This document shows, in pieces, positions 1 to 7,833 of a stretch of 64,000 bases of DNA (its first letter is position 1; every line of letters begins with the position of its first letter). Origin of the DNA: a virus. The stretch lies in IMG/VR virus record IMGVR_UViG_3300045988_069682, positions 1 to 64,000 of that record; one strand, 5' to 3'. Both the position numbers and the translations under genes were made by a program. The notes under the pieces were generated by a model, which was not told the origin of the DNA, did no database searches, and saw only the letters and a list, made by a program, of their open reading frames with translations.

Positions 1-74
1 ATATATCCCCCGATAAATATGCGAATGTGTTGAGGCAAGCGACTTGTGCCCGCCCCAACAGTTATGAAAAAAAA

Positions 75-302
75 TTATAAAGCAGTAGTTATGTGTACAT
101 CCTTCTCGTCAGCGCCATTCTCCTTGGCGGTCTTGGCCATTTCGATGCGGTATTCTTGCGGAGTTAAGAAGTACAATTCGTTGTCCAAGCGGAACTCGCA
201 CTCTCCTTCTTTAGGAGCTGTGCGGATAGGCTCGAGTTCAATGCGGTGAAACACCTTGCGCCACTTACAGTCCTTGACATACTTGCCTTGCTCGCAGCAC
301 AT
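75..302 (-). CDS. hypothetical protein (75 aa)
   Basis: ORF in the co-directional early block. The nearest SD is 19 nt upstream (poor spacing), and an ATG-TAA mini-ORF lies between them. Confidence 0.45.
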   Translation of the reverse strand: MCCEQGKYVKDCKWRKVFHRIELEPIRTAPKEGECEFRLDNELYFLTPQEYRIEMAKTAKENGADEKDVHITTAL

Positions 303-361
303 ACAGGCTTTACATGTATTTCTCCTTGTTCAAGTCTATCCCTTCTTTCTTTTATTATAAA

Positions 362-502
362 TCAACTCTTGCTTTCTTCGGTATCTTCGTCGGCATCCTC
401 TATGATAAAGAATGTATCAATCACGATATAGAAAATGCCAAATGTCAAGCAACTTCCGAGACCAGCGCCCAAGGCAAAAGCAATTAATAATTCCCAATCC
501 AT
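362..502 (-). CDS. small hydrophobic peptide (46 aa, MDWELLIAFALGAGLGSCLTFGIFYIVIDTFF...)
   Basis: Not in the ORF track because it is under 60 aa. Its ATG overlaps the TAA of the upstream gene (TAATG), GGAGGTG lies 8 nt upstream, and one predicted TM helix is followed by an acidic tail. Confidence 0.45.
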   Translation of the reverse strand: MDWELLIAFALGAGLGSCLTFGIFYIVIDTFFIIEDADEDTEESKS

Positions 503-942
503 TAACGTCCCACCTCCATTTGTTCTTTTTCTTTGTCAAGCGCTTCGCAAAGCTTCTTGTAAATGTAAAGTTTGATAACACTATATATGGCAATATCTTT
601 GAGCGATTCATCTACCTTGTCACCTTCGATGCCGTGCATAGCAACATGGATGATATGCTTACGCTCGTAGTTGGATGCTTCTTTCCACATCCGCTTCCAC
701 CACAGCCATTCATGAGGACATGCTTCGGAGCAAGAGCAGGAGAACGGTTCGTTGTTGTAGACAGCTTCCTCAAGAATAGCCCCTAGCTTTAAATTCTCCA
801 GTGGCTCACCCGAGCCATACTGGGAGTTCTTTGCAATGAACAGCTCTTTAAGTTCGTCGAAAGTCTTACTTACGAACGCCACATATTCTGCATTGGCGCT
901 GGTTGTACTTGCATTTCTGTCTACAGTCGGTTCTTTACTCAT
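502..942 (-). CDS. hypothetical protein, helical; possibly DUF1599/MazG-like nucleotide-binding fold (tentative)
   Basis: 146-aa ORF whose start overlaps the end of rusA. The KNSQYG and DK..ES.KDIA.Y patterns are reminiscent of DUF1599-type proteins. This is recall only. Confidence 0.6.
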   Translation of the reverse strand: MSKEPTVDRNASTTSANAEYVAFVSKTFDELKELFIAKNSQYGSGEPLENLKLGAILEEAVYNNEPFSCSCSEACPHEWLWWKRMWKEASNYERKHIIHVAMHGIEGDKVDESLKDIAIYSVIKLYIYKKLCEALDKEKEQMEVGR

Positions 943-1471
943 GTTTCTTTGCCTCCCTTTTGCGTTTCAGACTAGCGTTGGCGACGGCTTTAACCTCGCC
1001 CATATTTTGATAGTACCCTGTTACAACCACTTCCGTGTAGGGTGCATCAGCATACATCTTGATAATGTGAATGTCGTAGACCTGTTTATCATCGGGATAA
1101 ACAATGCCGTTCATGGCATCAAGATAAAGCTTGACGATGTTGTCACCGTCCGGCTTGCCCAAAGGCATAACAGCCTCTATCAGTCCAGCCTCAGCAAACC
1201 ATTTTTGTCTGCCGGACGGAACCTTTCGGCATGACTTAATCTCAACCTTGAGCGGCATTTCCGGGCTTGGCAAGCTCCATCCCTGTTCGACCATAGCTTG
1301 CTGTGCCATTAGTCTGATAGCCGCTTTTTCCTCGGTGCTTCCTTTGGGTTCATAGGCTCTGACGTGACCACTGATTGTAGTAAATCTAGGTCTGCCTTGT
1401 CCTACTGGCTCTCCCATAACCTTGAACCGCAGGACTTTCTTTCCGCAGTTCATCGGTTCTTTAAAGTTCAC
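935..1471 (-). CDS. rusA: RusA-family Holliday junction resolvase
   Basis: GEPVGQGRPRFT and KPDGDNIVKLYLDAMNGIVYPDDKQV match the RusA signature (KPDxDN...DxxxG...DDxQV). Confidence 0.88.
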   Translation of the reverse strand: MNFKEPMNCGKKVLRFKVMGEPVGQGRPRFTTISGHVRAYEPKGSTEEKAAIRLMAQQAMVEQGWSLPSPEMPLKVEIKSCRKVPSGRQKWFAEAGLIEAVMPLGKPDGDNIVKLYLDAMNGIVYPDDKQVYDIHIIKMYADAPYTEVVVTGYYQNMGEVKAVANASLKRKREAKKHE

Positions 1472-1488
1472 TACGCATACCTCCTATA

Positions 1489-2181
1489 TTAAAACTTGCC
1501 GCTACTGCCGTAGCCGCCGCCACGAGCGCCGCTCGCATTGTCATTATCGGTGATGCCATAGCGCAAGAAAATCCCTTGCATACAACGCTCACCCTTCTTA
1601 ATGACGTATTCCTCATCGGAACTATTGATAAACATTGCGCCAATATTGCCGTCATTGTCAATATTGTTAGCGTAGTCTGCGTCGATGATACCGGAGCAAT
1701 GAACCACAAGACCATGCTTTACAGCCAAGCCGCTTCTGATTCTCAAGAACAGAAACATATCCTGCGGCATGATAGCCTTGATGTTGAAATGAACCAGCTT
1801 GCTGAGGCCGTGGGCAGGAACAACAATGTCATACGGAGCGTAGAAGTCATATCCCGCGGCAGATTTTGTGCCACGCACAGGAAGCTTTGTGCCGAACGGA
1901 GCACCCTTGACTGGTTCAAATCTGATTGATTCTTTTTGGCCACCATTGCTGCAATTAGGGCCATATACAAGCTCATCAAGAGAGCAGTCCAAAGATTCAG
2001 CAAGGCGCATCGCTATATCCAACGCAACACCTGTTTTGCCATGCTCTACGCAGCTAAGATGTACTTGGCTAACCGTAGCCTTTTTTGCTAAGTCAATCTG
2101 AGTCACGCCTCGTCTGCGTCTGGCCAAGGCAATGTTCTTTCCGAGAATCTTCATGTCTTTTTCACTCATTACTACTGTCAT
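1489..2181 (-). CDS. dut: fusion protein: N-terminal XRE-type HTH + C-terminal trimeric dUTPase
   Basis: Residues ~10-72 look like an XRE HTH (RRRRGVTQIDLAKKATVSQVHLSCVEHGK). All five dUTPase motifs follow in the same frame: AAGYDFYAP, RIRSGLAVKHG, GIIDADY, GERCMQGIF, ARGGGYGSSG. Confidence 0.88.
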   Translation of the reverse strand: MTVVMSEKDMKILGKNIALARRRRGVTQIDLAKKATVSQVHLSCVEHGKTGVALDIAMRLAESLDCSLDELVYGPNCSNGGQKESIRFEPVKGAPFGTKLPVRGTKSAAGYDFYAPYDIVVPAHGLSKLVHFNIKAIMPQDMFLFLRIRSGLAVKHGLVVHCSGIIDADYANNIDNDGNIGAMFINSSDEEYVIKKGERCMQGIFLRYGITDNDNASGARGGGYGSSGKF

Positions 2182-2786
2182 TATTTCTTGTCCCCTTTCT
2201 TATGTCCGAAAGAACAGGATTGTTCTTTGCAATCGGAGCATCCCATAAAGTTTCTGTCAAAAATCTCCGGCGCTGCTTTAGCCAGTTCGATTTGAATTTT
2301 CTGAGCAAGTTCTCTATGCTCCGGCATAGCACGTTTACACATACGCTTCGGAAGGTACTCGTACCAAGCACGAAAGTTACCAGTGACCACAATGGATGTG
2401 CGGACACCTTGCGGTAACAAATAAGCAGCGTCTTGCTCCGGTACACCTTCTTCAAGTGCCTTTTGATACGGAATCATAACAACACCACTCAAATCCTTAA
2501 AAACAGCAAAGTCACCATGTGGTAACTCCAATACATCAAATTTGCTACCTCTTGCGCTTTTTGCTGTGAAGCTGAGGTGGCGGTGACGTGTGAGTTGTCC
2601 TAAGACGCGCACAGAACAAGTCACCAGAAAAGAAGCAGAGCAATGCTCCAAGACACTAAGGTGTCCGCTTTCAATAATCTTCTTTACGGATTTGTCTGTA
2701 ACATCCTTGCCATATGGCTGACTGCAAGCAGTCTTTAACAATTCCATATGGTTTGGTGTGATTGAGATTAACTCTACTGTTGGCAT
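2181..2786 (-). CDS. thyX: flavin-dependent thymidylate synthase ThyX
   Basis: Carries the ThyX signature RHRHLSFTAKSARG (RHRxxSxxxxSxR) and GHLSVLEH. Size is 201 aa. Confidence 0.9.
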   Translation of the reverse strand: MPTVELISITPNHMELLKTACSQPYGKDVTDKSVKKIIESGHLSVLEHCSASFLVTCSVRVLGQLTRHRHLSFTAKSARGSKFDVLELPHGDFAVFKDLSGVVMIPYQKALEEGVPEQDAAYLLPQGVRTSIVVTGNFRAWYEYLPKRMCKRAMPEHRELAQKIQIELAKAAPEIFDRNFMGCSDCKEQSCSFGHKKGDKK

Positions 2787-3073
2787 TTGTTATCCTCCTT
2801 CAACTTTTTGCGTTGTTCTTTAACCGCCTCCAGAAAAGGTCTTTGGAACTCGCAGTCATCATCAAACTTAACCTTCCCGTCTCCATCTCTGCGCATTTCC
2901 ATTATCTCGAAGTTCCACTCAATGTCGCGTTCCATCTGGGCTAACATCCAGTCTGGAAAGCGGTGAAGGTTTGTCACCAATTCGCTTTGGATAGCCGACA
3001 AGCTCTGTGTAGGGATTCTGTGTACGGCATATCGAAAGGCAAATAGCAGCACTGTCAAATTTTCATTTAGCAC
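2774..3073 (-). CDS. hypothetical protein (99 aa)
   Basis: ORF packed in the early operon, overlapping the thyX start by 13 nt. Confidence 0.6.
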   Translation of the reverse strand: MLNENLTVLLFAFRYAVHRIPTQSLSAIQSELVTNLHRFPDWMLAQMERDIEWNFEIMEMRRDGDGKVKFDDDCEFQRPFLEAVKEQRKKLKEDNKCQQ

Positions 3074-3085
3074 TTTCTCGCCTCC

Positions 3086-3358
3086 TTAAATACAACCACC
3101 GCAGCAGCCGTGCGGAATTTCATCGTTTACTAAAGACTCTAATTCAAGCCAGTCATCTTGCAGTTCTGGCACAAGAGCATCGCGGTCTATTATCCAGTCG
3201 CCCTCTTCGACATCCGCTTCCCAATCTGCGTCAAAACTTACGCTCCCCCCAGACACCAAGACTCCATACATCGAATACTGCTTGCCGTCCTTTTCAACAG
3301 TCAGCGTTCCACGGCACAGGTTCGGCCAACTTCCGTCGTAAGAAATAAACTTAATCAT
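3086..3358 (-). CDS. hypothetical protein (~90 aa; start refined to MIKFISYDG)
   Basis: ATGATTAA overlap with the upstream stop, and GAGGGAG lies upstream. C-terminal motif CCGGC. Confidence 0.55.
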   Translation of the reverse strand: MIKFISYDGSWPNLCRGTLTVEKDGKQYSMYGVLVSGGSVSFDADWEADVEEGDWIIDRDALVPELQDDWLELESLVNDEIPHGCCGGCI

Positions 3359-3554
3359 TTTCAACTCCCTCAAAAGCGATTGCTTTATTCGCCCACATGA
3401 CAACTTCTTCAAGTCTTTGCAAGGCAATTTTTCTTTCTCTACTTTTTGAACAGTTATTTTCAATAGCTTTATACAAATCTTCAGCGCAGAGCGTAATTTT
3501 ATTTGCCCGTGCTCGTTGTTCCGTATTAAAATATTTGCTTCTAAGTCTGTTCAT
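3351..3554 (-). CDS. hypothetical protein (67 aa)
   Basis: ORF with AAAGGAG upstream, following a structured GC-rich spacer. Confidence 0.55.
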   Translation of the reverse strand: MNRLRSKYFNTEQRARANKITLCAEDLYKAIENNCSKSRERKIALQRLEEVVMWANKAIAFEGVEND

Positions 3555-3644
3555 TCTTCTTCACTCCTTTTATAAAAGCGGCGGCGTGGGAATCCTCAGC
3601 AACGCTTACTGCCATTCGGCAACCTAGCCGCCGCACCCATGGGC

Positions 3645-3863
3645 TTAATTTAAATCAATATAGCACCAGCGAATAATGGCATCTTCAAAGCATGCGAATT
3701 CGCAGTCACAGCTCTCCCTAGCGATTATGTCGCATTGCCTGTAGCCAATTAGTATTTCTCCCTTTGACGCTTCTCCGACTTTGATTTCAAAAATGCAGAG
3801 TTTATTTTCGCTCGGCATAACGTCATTGCCATGCCATTCACTGCATATAGGTTTATTGTTCAT
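3645..3863 (-). CDS. hypothetical protein (72 aa)
   Basis: GAGGAGGTG lies 5 nt upstream of the ATG. This is the first gene after the repeat-rich spacer at 3877-3984. Confidence 0.6.
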   Translation of the reverse strand: MNNKPICSEWHGNDVMPSENKLCIFEIKVGEASKGEILIGYRQCDIIARESCDCEFACFEDAIIRWCYIDLN

Positions 3864-3876
3864 GCTATCACCTCCT

Positions 3877-3984
3877 CAACTTTTTCAAGGGACTTTTTGT
3901 CGCCAGCTACAACTTTTTCAAGGGAGTTTGAGCTGTTGCGTTTTTTGCAACAGCTCGTACAAGAGATTTTTGCAACATGTTGCA
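3877..3984. promoter_or_regulatory. repeat-rich intergenic control region (2 direct repeats + 2 palindromes sharing TTGCAACA)
   Basis: CAACTTTTTCAAGGGA occurs at 3877-3892 and 3910-3925. Palindromes are GCTGTTGC-N7-GCAACAGC (3932-3954) and TGCAACATGTTGCA (3971-3984). Confidence 0.45.
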
Positions 3985-3994
3985 GTTTTCTCTT

Positions 3995-4405
3995 CTACAA
4001 CTTATACTCCACGCCCATTTCTTTCGCCACTTTAGGCAAGGCAGCTTCGGCTTCCGCCCGAGAGCGGTATACCCAGCCTTTGTCAAGTAAGGCTAAGTCA
4101 AGCGGATGATTCGTCCATTGTTGAATCCGAACGAACCATTCCTTGCGGGCACAACCGAACGAGTAATACTCGTCCCCGGCTTTCGGCTTCCACGGCAACT
4201 TGACGATTTCCGCGACGCCAGACAGCAAGTCAATAAGCGCCATGTTAGCAGTTGTATCGAATTCTCTTGGGCCATCGTCAGGGGTTAACCGTAAGCCGTC
4301 ATTAGCAAATCTATAAGTCACTCCGTTAAAACCTTTAATCTTAAATTCTTCGCCCAGCTCAACGCCAAGCATTTTACAAATTTCTGGGATTAGATTTTTG
4401 CTCAT
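3995..4405 (-). CDS. hypothetical protein (136 aa; start refined to MSKNLIPEI)
   Basis: GGAGGAA lies 5 nt upstream of the internal ATG at 4405. Confidence 0.6.
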   Translation of the reverse strand: MSKNLIPEICKMLGVELGEEFKIKGFNGVTYRFANDGLRLTPDDGPREFDTTANMALIDLLSGVAEIVKLPWKPKAGDEYYSFGCARKEWFVRIQQWTNHPLDLALLDKGWVYRSRAEAEAALPKVAKEMGVEYKL

Positions 4406-4544
4406 CTTCTTTCCTCCATTTCTTTTCGCAGTGTTCGTCGTAAACCCCAAAACCTATATATACTAAAAACGCCATAAACATCGTAAGGCTGATAATGGCG
4501 AAAAATTCTTCGTCAGTGCCAGCGGTCAATAATAACTCTGCCAT
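4374..4544 (-). CDS. small membrane protein (56 aa, MAELLLTAG...FAIISLTMFMAFLVYIGFGV)
   Basis: AAAGGAGTG upstream, one TM helix, and it overlaps the next gene by 32 nt. Confidence 0.45.
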   Translation of the reverse strand: MAELLLTAGTDEEFFAIISLTMFMAFLVYIGFGVYDEHCEKKWRKEDEQKSNPRNL

Positions 4545-4548
4545 GTTA

Positions 4549-4785
4549 TCACTCCTTTTCTTTGTTGATTCTTTCGGCGAACTCGTCCATTGCATCTAAG
4601 GCAGTAAGCCATTTATCATATTCTTGCGGTAATGTTCCTTCAAAACTCTTGCCCTCGTAATCAATACCGCCAACCACGATAAGATAAGTTTTTTTGTGCG
4701 TTTGGGGTTCTTCGTAATCTTCCGTGATTAATGACCGAATACACCTGCTGTCAATCCACCTATTAGCGCAAATTTTTACAAGCAT
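4549..4785 (-). CDS. hypothetical protein (78 aa)
   Basis: ORF abutting its neighbours in the operon. Confidence 0.55.
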   Translation of the reverse strand: MLVKICANRWIDSRCIRSLITEDYEEPQTHKKTYLIVVGGIDYEGKSFEGTLPQEYDKWLTALDAMDEFAERINKEKE

Positions 4786-5150
4786 TACTTCCGCTCCTTT
4801 ACAGCTTCGCTCACCTTTAAAATTTTCTCAATCAGCTTATCCACAGCCTTGTCTGCAAATTCGCCTGTAGCTTTGATGTTGGCAGGTGTTATATGTTCCG
4901 CAGCATACATAGCGTATATTTCCTTTTCTGTTGGGAGAAATGCCCCCAAAATATCTAAAATTAAAGCAATGCAAACAATTATTTTAGCTGCCTTAGCTGT
5001 TTCTTTATCCTTAACATCTGTCACAGACGCTATTGTAACCATCACGGCATATATAGTTACAAAAAGACCTACTATGCAGCAAATCCCTTGTATCATGTCT
5101 ATTCTTCCCGCCCAGTAAATTAACCAAGGCGAAATAATTGGTTCGTTCAT
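4785..5150 (-). CDS. membrane protein (121 aa, 3 predicted TM helices)
   Basis: Hydrophobic stretches WLIYWAGRIDMIQGICCIVGLFVTIYAVMVTIA and IIVCIALILDILGAFL. SD GGAGGAAGAG lies upstream. Confidence 0.65.
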   Translation of the reverse strand: MNEPIISPWLIYWAGRIDMIQGICCIVGLFVTIYAVMVTIASVTDVKDKETAKAAKIIVCIALILDILGAFLPTEKEIYAMYAAEHITPANIKATGEFADKAVDKLIEKILKVSEAVKERK

Positions 5151-5162
5151 TACTCTTCCTCC

Positions 5163-5630
5163 TTAATGTTTACAGAAAAATGTCCAGCGCGTCTTACCTG
5201 TCCTGTCACCAGCAATAGGCTTATATGGCAATGCGCAACGTAAGACTGCACGATGCGGAATATCTTCCTCGTTCCACTTAAACAACAACATTCCACCCGG
5301 CTTTAATACTCTAAAGCATTCAGCAAAAGCCTTATTCATCCATTCTTCCCACAATAACGGCAGATGTCCGTACTTCTGAGCAAGCCAGCTTTTCTCTCCG
5401 ACTTGCACTAGATGCGGCGGGTCAAAAATCACACAGCAAAAAATGTTGTCCTCGATTCCTTTCATGTCGGTTACGTCTATTAATCTGTCTGGCTGGATAT
5501 GTAGTTCTCGTCCGTCGCAAAGCTTTGTATGCAGCTCTCGTATGTCACAAAACATAACAGCATCACTATATTTGTCGTAGTAGAACATTTTGCTGCCACA
5601 GCACGGGTCTAAGATAATCGGTTCATTCAT
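5163..5630 (-). CDS. small SAM-dependent DNA methyltransferase (N6-A/N4-C type, DPPH motif)
   Basis: ILDPCCGS (motif I-like) and VIFDPPH (motif IV, (D/S)PP(Y/F/H)). The ATG at 5630 overlaps the upstream TAA (TAATG). Confidence 0.72.
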   Translation of the reverse strand: MNEPIILDPCCGSKMFYYDKYSDAVMFCDIRELHTKLCDGRELHIQPDRLIDVTDMKGIEDNIFCCVIFDPPHLVQVGEKSWLAQKYGHLPLLWEEWMNKAFAECFRVLKPGGMLLFKWNEEDIPHRAVLRCALPYKPIAGDRTGKTRWTFFCKH

Positions 5631-5977
5631 TACTTCCACCCCACAATCTTTCTACCACACCAGCAGCAGTACGACTGTTCAAAATTCTCGAACATGTTGC
5701 CGCACTTTTCGCAGCGATAAATCGGCACTCCCTCTTCGAGGCATCCGACATGCACCGCTACCGTTGTACGGTCAAGCTCATGCTTTAAGGCGGTTAATGT
5801 AACCTTTTGTTTTTTTATTCCGGCGATAATAAGTTTTGTCGCCTTAGGCGTAAAGCAACCAAGTTGAAGACGATGCTTAGCCCATGAGATTTCGCCTTTA
5901 ATCTCCCAAATTTTTTTGCGTAACATCTTTTCACGTTTTGGCAGGCTATCCCACCATTTCTTGCGTTCTGGAGTCAT
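5630..5977 (-). CDS. Zn-ribbon protein (115 aa)
   Basis: C-terminal CEKCGN...CCWCGRK, two CxxC pairs. Confidence 0.65.
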   Translation of the reverse strand: MTPERKKWWDSLPKREKMLRKKIWEIKGEISWAKHRLQLGCFTPKATKLIIAGIKKQKVTLTALKHELDRTTVAVHVGCLEEGVPIYRCEKCGNMFENFEQSYCCWCGRKIVGWK

Positions 5978-5980
5978 TGG

Positions 5981-6241
5981 CTATTCCTCCTTAATCTTAA
6001 AACCTTGCGCTGCATTGAGTTTTTTCGCAAGCCCATCTCTTACTTTCGCAGCTTCTCTGTAAGTTTTACAACTCCGGCAAAACGCGGAATCCTCTCGGTT
6101 GCCTTTTTCATAACCAACGTAAACATCGAACGACGCATTTGGGCTTGCCTCTTTAAGATTTGGTGCGTAGATAAAAGGGATAACGTATATTCTGGTAATG
6201 CGTTCCGAGTTTATCCATTGCTTGCCTATTTTAATCAGCAT
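5981..6241 (-). CDS. hypothetical protein (86 aa; start refined to MLIKIGKQW)
   Basis: AGGTGG lies 6 nt upstream of the ATG at 6241. Confidence 0.55.
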   Translation of the reverse strand: MLIKIGKQWINSERITRIYVIPFIYAPNLKEASPNASFDVYVGYEKGNREDSAFCRSCKTYREAAKVRDGLAKKLNAAQGFKIKEE

Positions 6242-6641
6242 CTTGCTCCACCTTTCTAATCGCTCTGCCACAATACGGACAAAACCCGTATTTATCAGCC
6301 TCTTTCATAACATTGCCGCACTCTGAGCATCTATGCCACTCTTGCCCCGCTTCATCGGTTTTCAGCCATTCCATAACGGTTTTAAAGTCGTCTACCTTGA
6401 GTTCTGACTTTTTAAACTCCAGGTTCTGAACGCTCATCGTATATTCGTTATTGTCCCAGCAACCCGCCTTTTCTTTGATAACAATTGCAATGCTGTCTTG
6501 ATGGCGGCGAATATAATGCTTTCTCTCGTACGCTGACTGTACAAGTTTTTCTTGTACTTCACGCAAAAACTCATAGCCTTTGTAGTTTTCCGGCTTAATC
6601 ACCAAGTCAAAACTGACTTCAAAATGAATCACGTTTTTCAT
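6231..6641 (-). CDS. Zn-ribbon protein (136 aa; start refined to MKNVIHFEV)
   Basis: ATGA overlap with the upstream stop and AAGGAGGA upstream. C-terminal CSECGN...CPYCGR. Confidence 0.65.
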   Translation of the reverse strand: MKNVIHFEVSFDLVIKPENYKGYEFLREVQEKLVQSAYERKHYIRRHQDSIAIVIKEKAGCWDNNEYTMSVQNLEFKKSELKVDDFKTVMEWLKTDEAGQEWHRCSECGNVMKEADKYGFCPYCGRAIRKVEQDAD

Positions 6642-6883
6642 TGAACCTTCTCCTCCTTTACAACCACGATAATGTAATTCGCCACACGCACTCTTCTGCC
6701 GCCTAGACTGAGCTTCAACCAGCGGCGGTAGCACAATCCCATGGAATTGATTTTATAACCTTCATTCATCAGAAAGCGCAGTCTTTTGATTGGCGTGCGT
6801 CCCAACATATAGCTGCGGCGCGCCACTCCTGCGCAGCGACGACTCATTCGCCACTCTTTGCGGTTCTTTAGTAGCTCGTTCAT
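6638..6883 (-). CDS. basic hypothetical protein (81 aa)
   Basis: Start and stop are both coupled to neighbours (GTGATG and ATGA overlaps). Very Arg/Lys-rich. Confidence 0.45.
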   Translation of the reverse strand: MNELLKNRKEWRMSRRCAGVARRSYMLGRTPIKRLRFLMNEGYKINSMGLCYRRWLKLSLGGRRVRVANYIIVVVKEEKVQ

Positions 6884-7068
6884 CACTCTTTCACCTTTCT
6901 TTCCCACGCCTGTTCGACGTTTTCCAACAGCTCTACTTTGGTTTCACGCCCGCATTTTGTGCAGCTAATAGCTGCATATGTCAAATAGTCAGCACCACCA
7001 TAGCAGTGATGATATTTATAAAGTTTTGGCATCGCGCCACATTTACATTTTTTCATCGTTCGCACCAC
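6883..7068 (-). CDS. Lar-like restriction-alleviation Zn-ribbon protein (tentative)
   Basis: The pattern CKCG...(hydrophobic)...CTKCGRET...EQAWERK resembles the Lar family (CPFCG...C..CG...A..WN.R). Recall only. Confidence 0.45.
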   Translation of the reverse strand: MVRTMKKCKCGAMPKLYKYHHCYGGADYLTYAAISCTKCGRETKVELLENVEQAWERKVKE

Positions 7069-7166
7069 TCCTTAATCCACGCTTGCATTTCAATATTGAA
7101 CCATCTGTATGCCTTCTTTAAGCGATGCAGATAGTATTTCAACTTCTGTCTTTCGCGGTTATTCAT
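7053..7166 (-). CDS. small basic protein (37 aa, MNNRERQKLKYYLHRLKK...)
   Basis: GGAGGTG lies 9 nt upstream, and there is an ATGA overlap with the preceding peptide ORF. Confidence 0.35.
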   Translation of the reverse strand: MNNRERQKLKYYLHRLKKAYRWFNIEMQAWIKEWCER

Positions 7167-7294
7167 ATCCCGAGCCACCTCCACAGTATCACCAGCGCAG
7201 CTATGCCTATCACAACAGGTATGCCAGCAATAAGGATAATCATAATAATTCCAACCATGCAATTGAGGACTTGGAAAATCAGTTTAGTCATCAT
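7163..7294 (-). CDS. hydrophobic peptide (43 aa, MMTKLIFQVLNCMVGIIMIILIAGIPVVIGIAALVILWRWLGI)
   Basis: Not in the track. GGGAGGAAGA sits directly upstream, with ATGA overlaps at both ends. Predicted as two TM helices or one long one. Confidence 0.45.
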   Translation of the reverse strand: MMTKLIFQVLNCMVGIIMIILIAGIPVVIGIAALVILWRWLGI

Positions 7295-7569
7295 TCTTCC
7301 TCCCAAAACTTCACACCGTTTCTGGCCTTTTCGACCAGTTCTTTATGTCTTGCCTTTGCCTCTTCTGCCCAGTAATATCGTTCGCAGTAAAGGTCAATCC
7401 AATTTACACGGCCATTTTCATCAATACCGAAAAGCATTGTTTCAAATGGTGCAATCGAAAGCAGCATATTGGTAATTTCGTCGCTTATTGGCAAGGCGAC
7501 TGTTGACAAGATATACTCCTTGCCGTCTATAGCGAACCTGTCTTTGAGATTTAAGCGTTCCTCAGTCAT
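7291..7569 (-). CDS. hypothetical protein (92 aa)
   Basis: ORF coupled to its neighbours. Confidence 0.6.
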   Translation of the reverse strand: MTEERLNLKDRFAIDGKEYILSTVALPISDEITNMLLSIAPFETMLFGIDENGRVNWIDLYCERYYWAEEAKARHKELVEKARNGVKFWEEE

Positions 7570-7787
7570 TGTTCTTCATTCTTTCTCTCAGCCTTATAAA
7601 TGTCAACCGCTGTTGTGAGCGGCAGTATAGTCACCGGAAACATGAACCTCAAAGTTTCCACCGCTACCAGCCAGCGTCCATGCTGTCTAAAGATTTCTCC
7701 TGTGTACTGTCCTTTGATTTTCAGAATGTCGTCAGTGTAAATCATGTCACCATGAATATCTCTAACACCAGTAGCCGTTCTTTCCAT
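7566..7787 (-). CDS. hypothetical protein (73 aa; start refined to MERTATG); weak YopX-like flavour
   Basis: GGGAGGTAAAC upstream. The DIHGDMIYTDDIL pattern recalls the YopX N-terminus, at low certainty. Confidence 0.5.
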   Translation of the reverse strand: MERTATGVRDIHGDMIYTDDILKIKGQYTGEIFRQHGRWLVAVETLRFMFPVTILPLTTAVDIYKAERKNEEQ

Positions 7788-7833
7788 GTTTACCTCCCTG
7801 TTTTTTCTCTCTATTTCATCCGCTTTTCCAATT

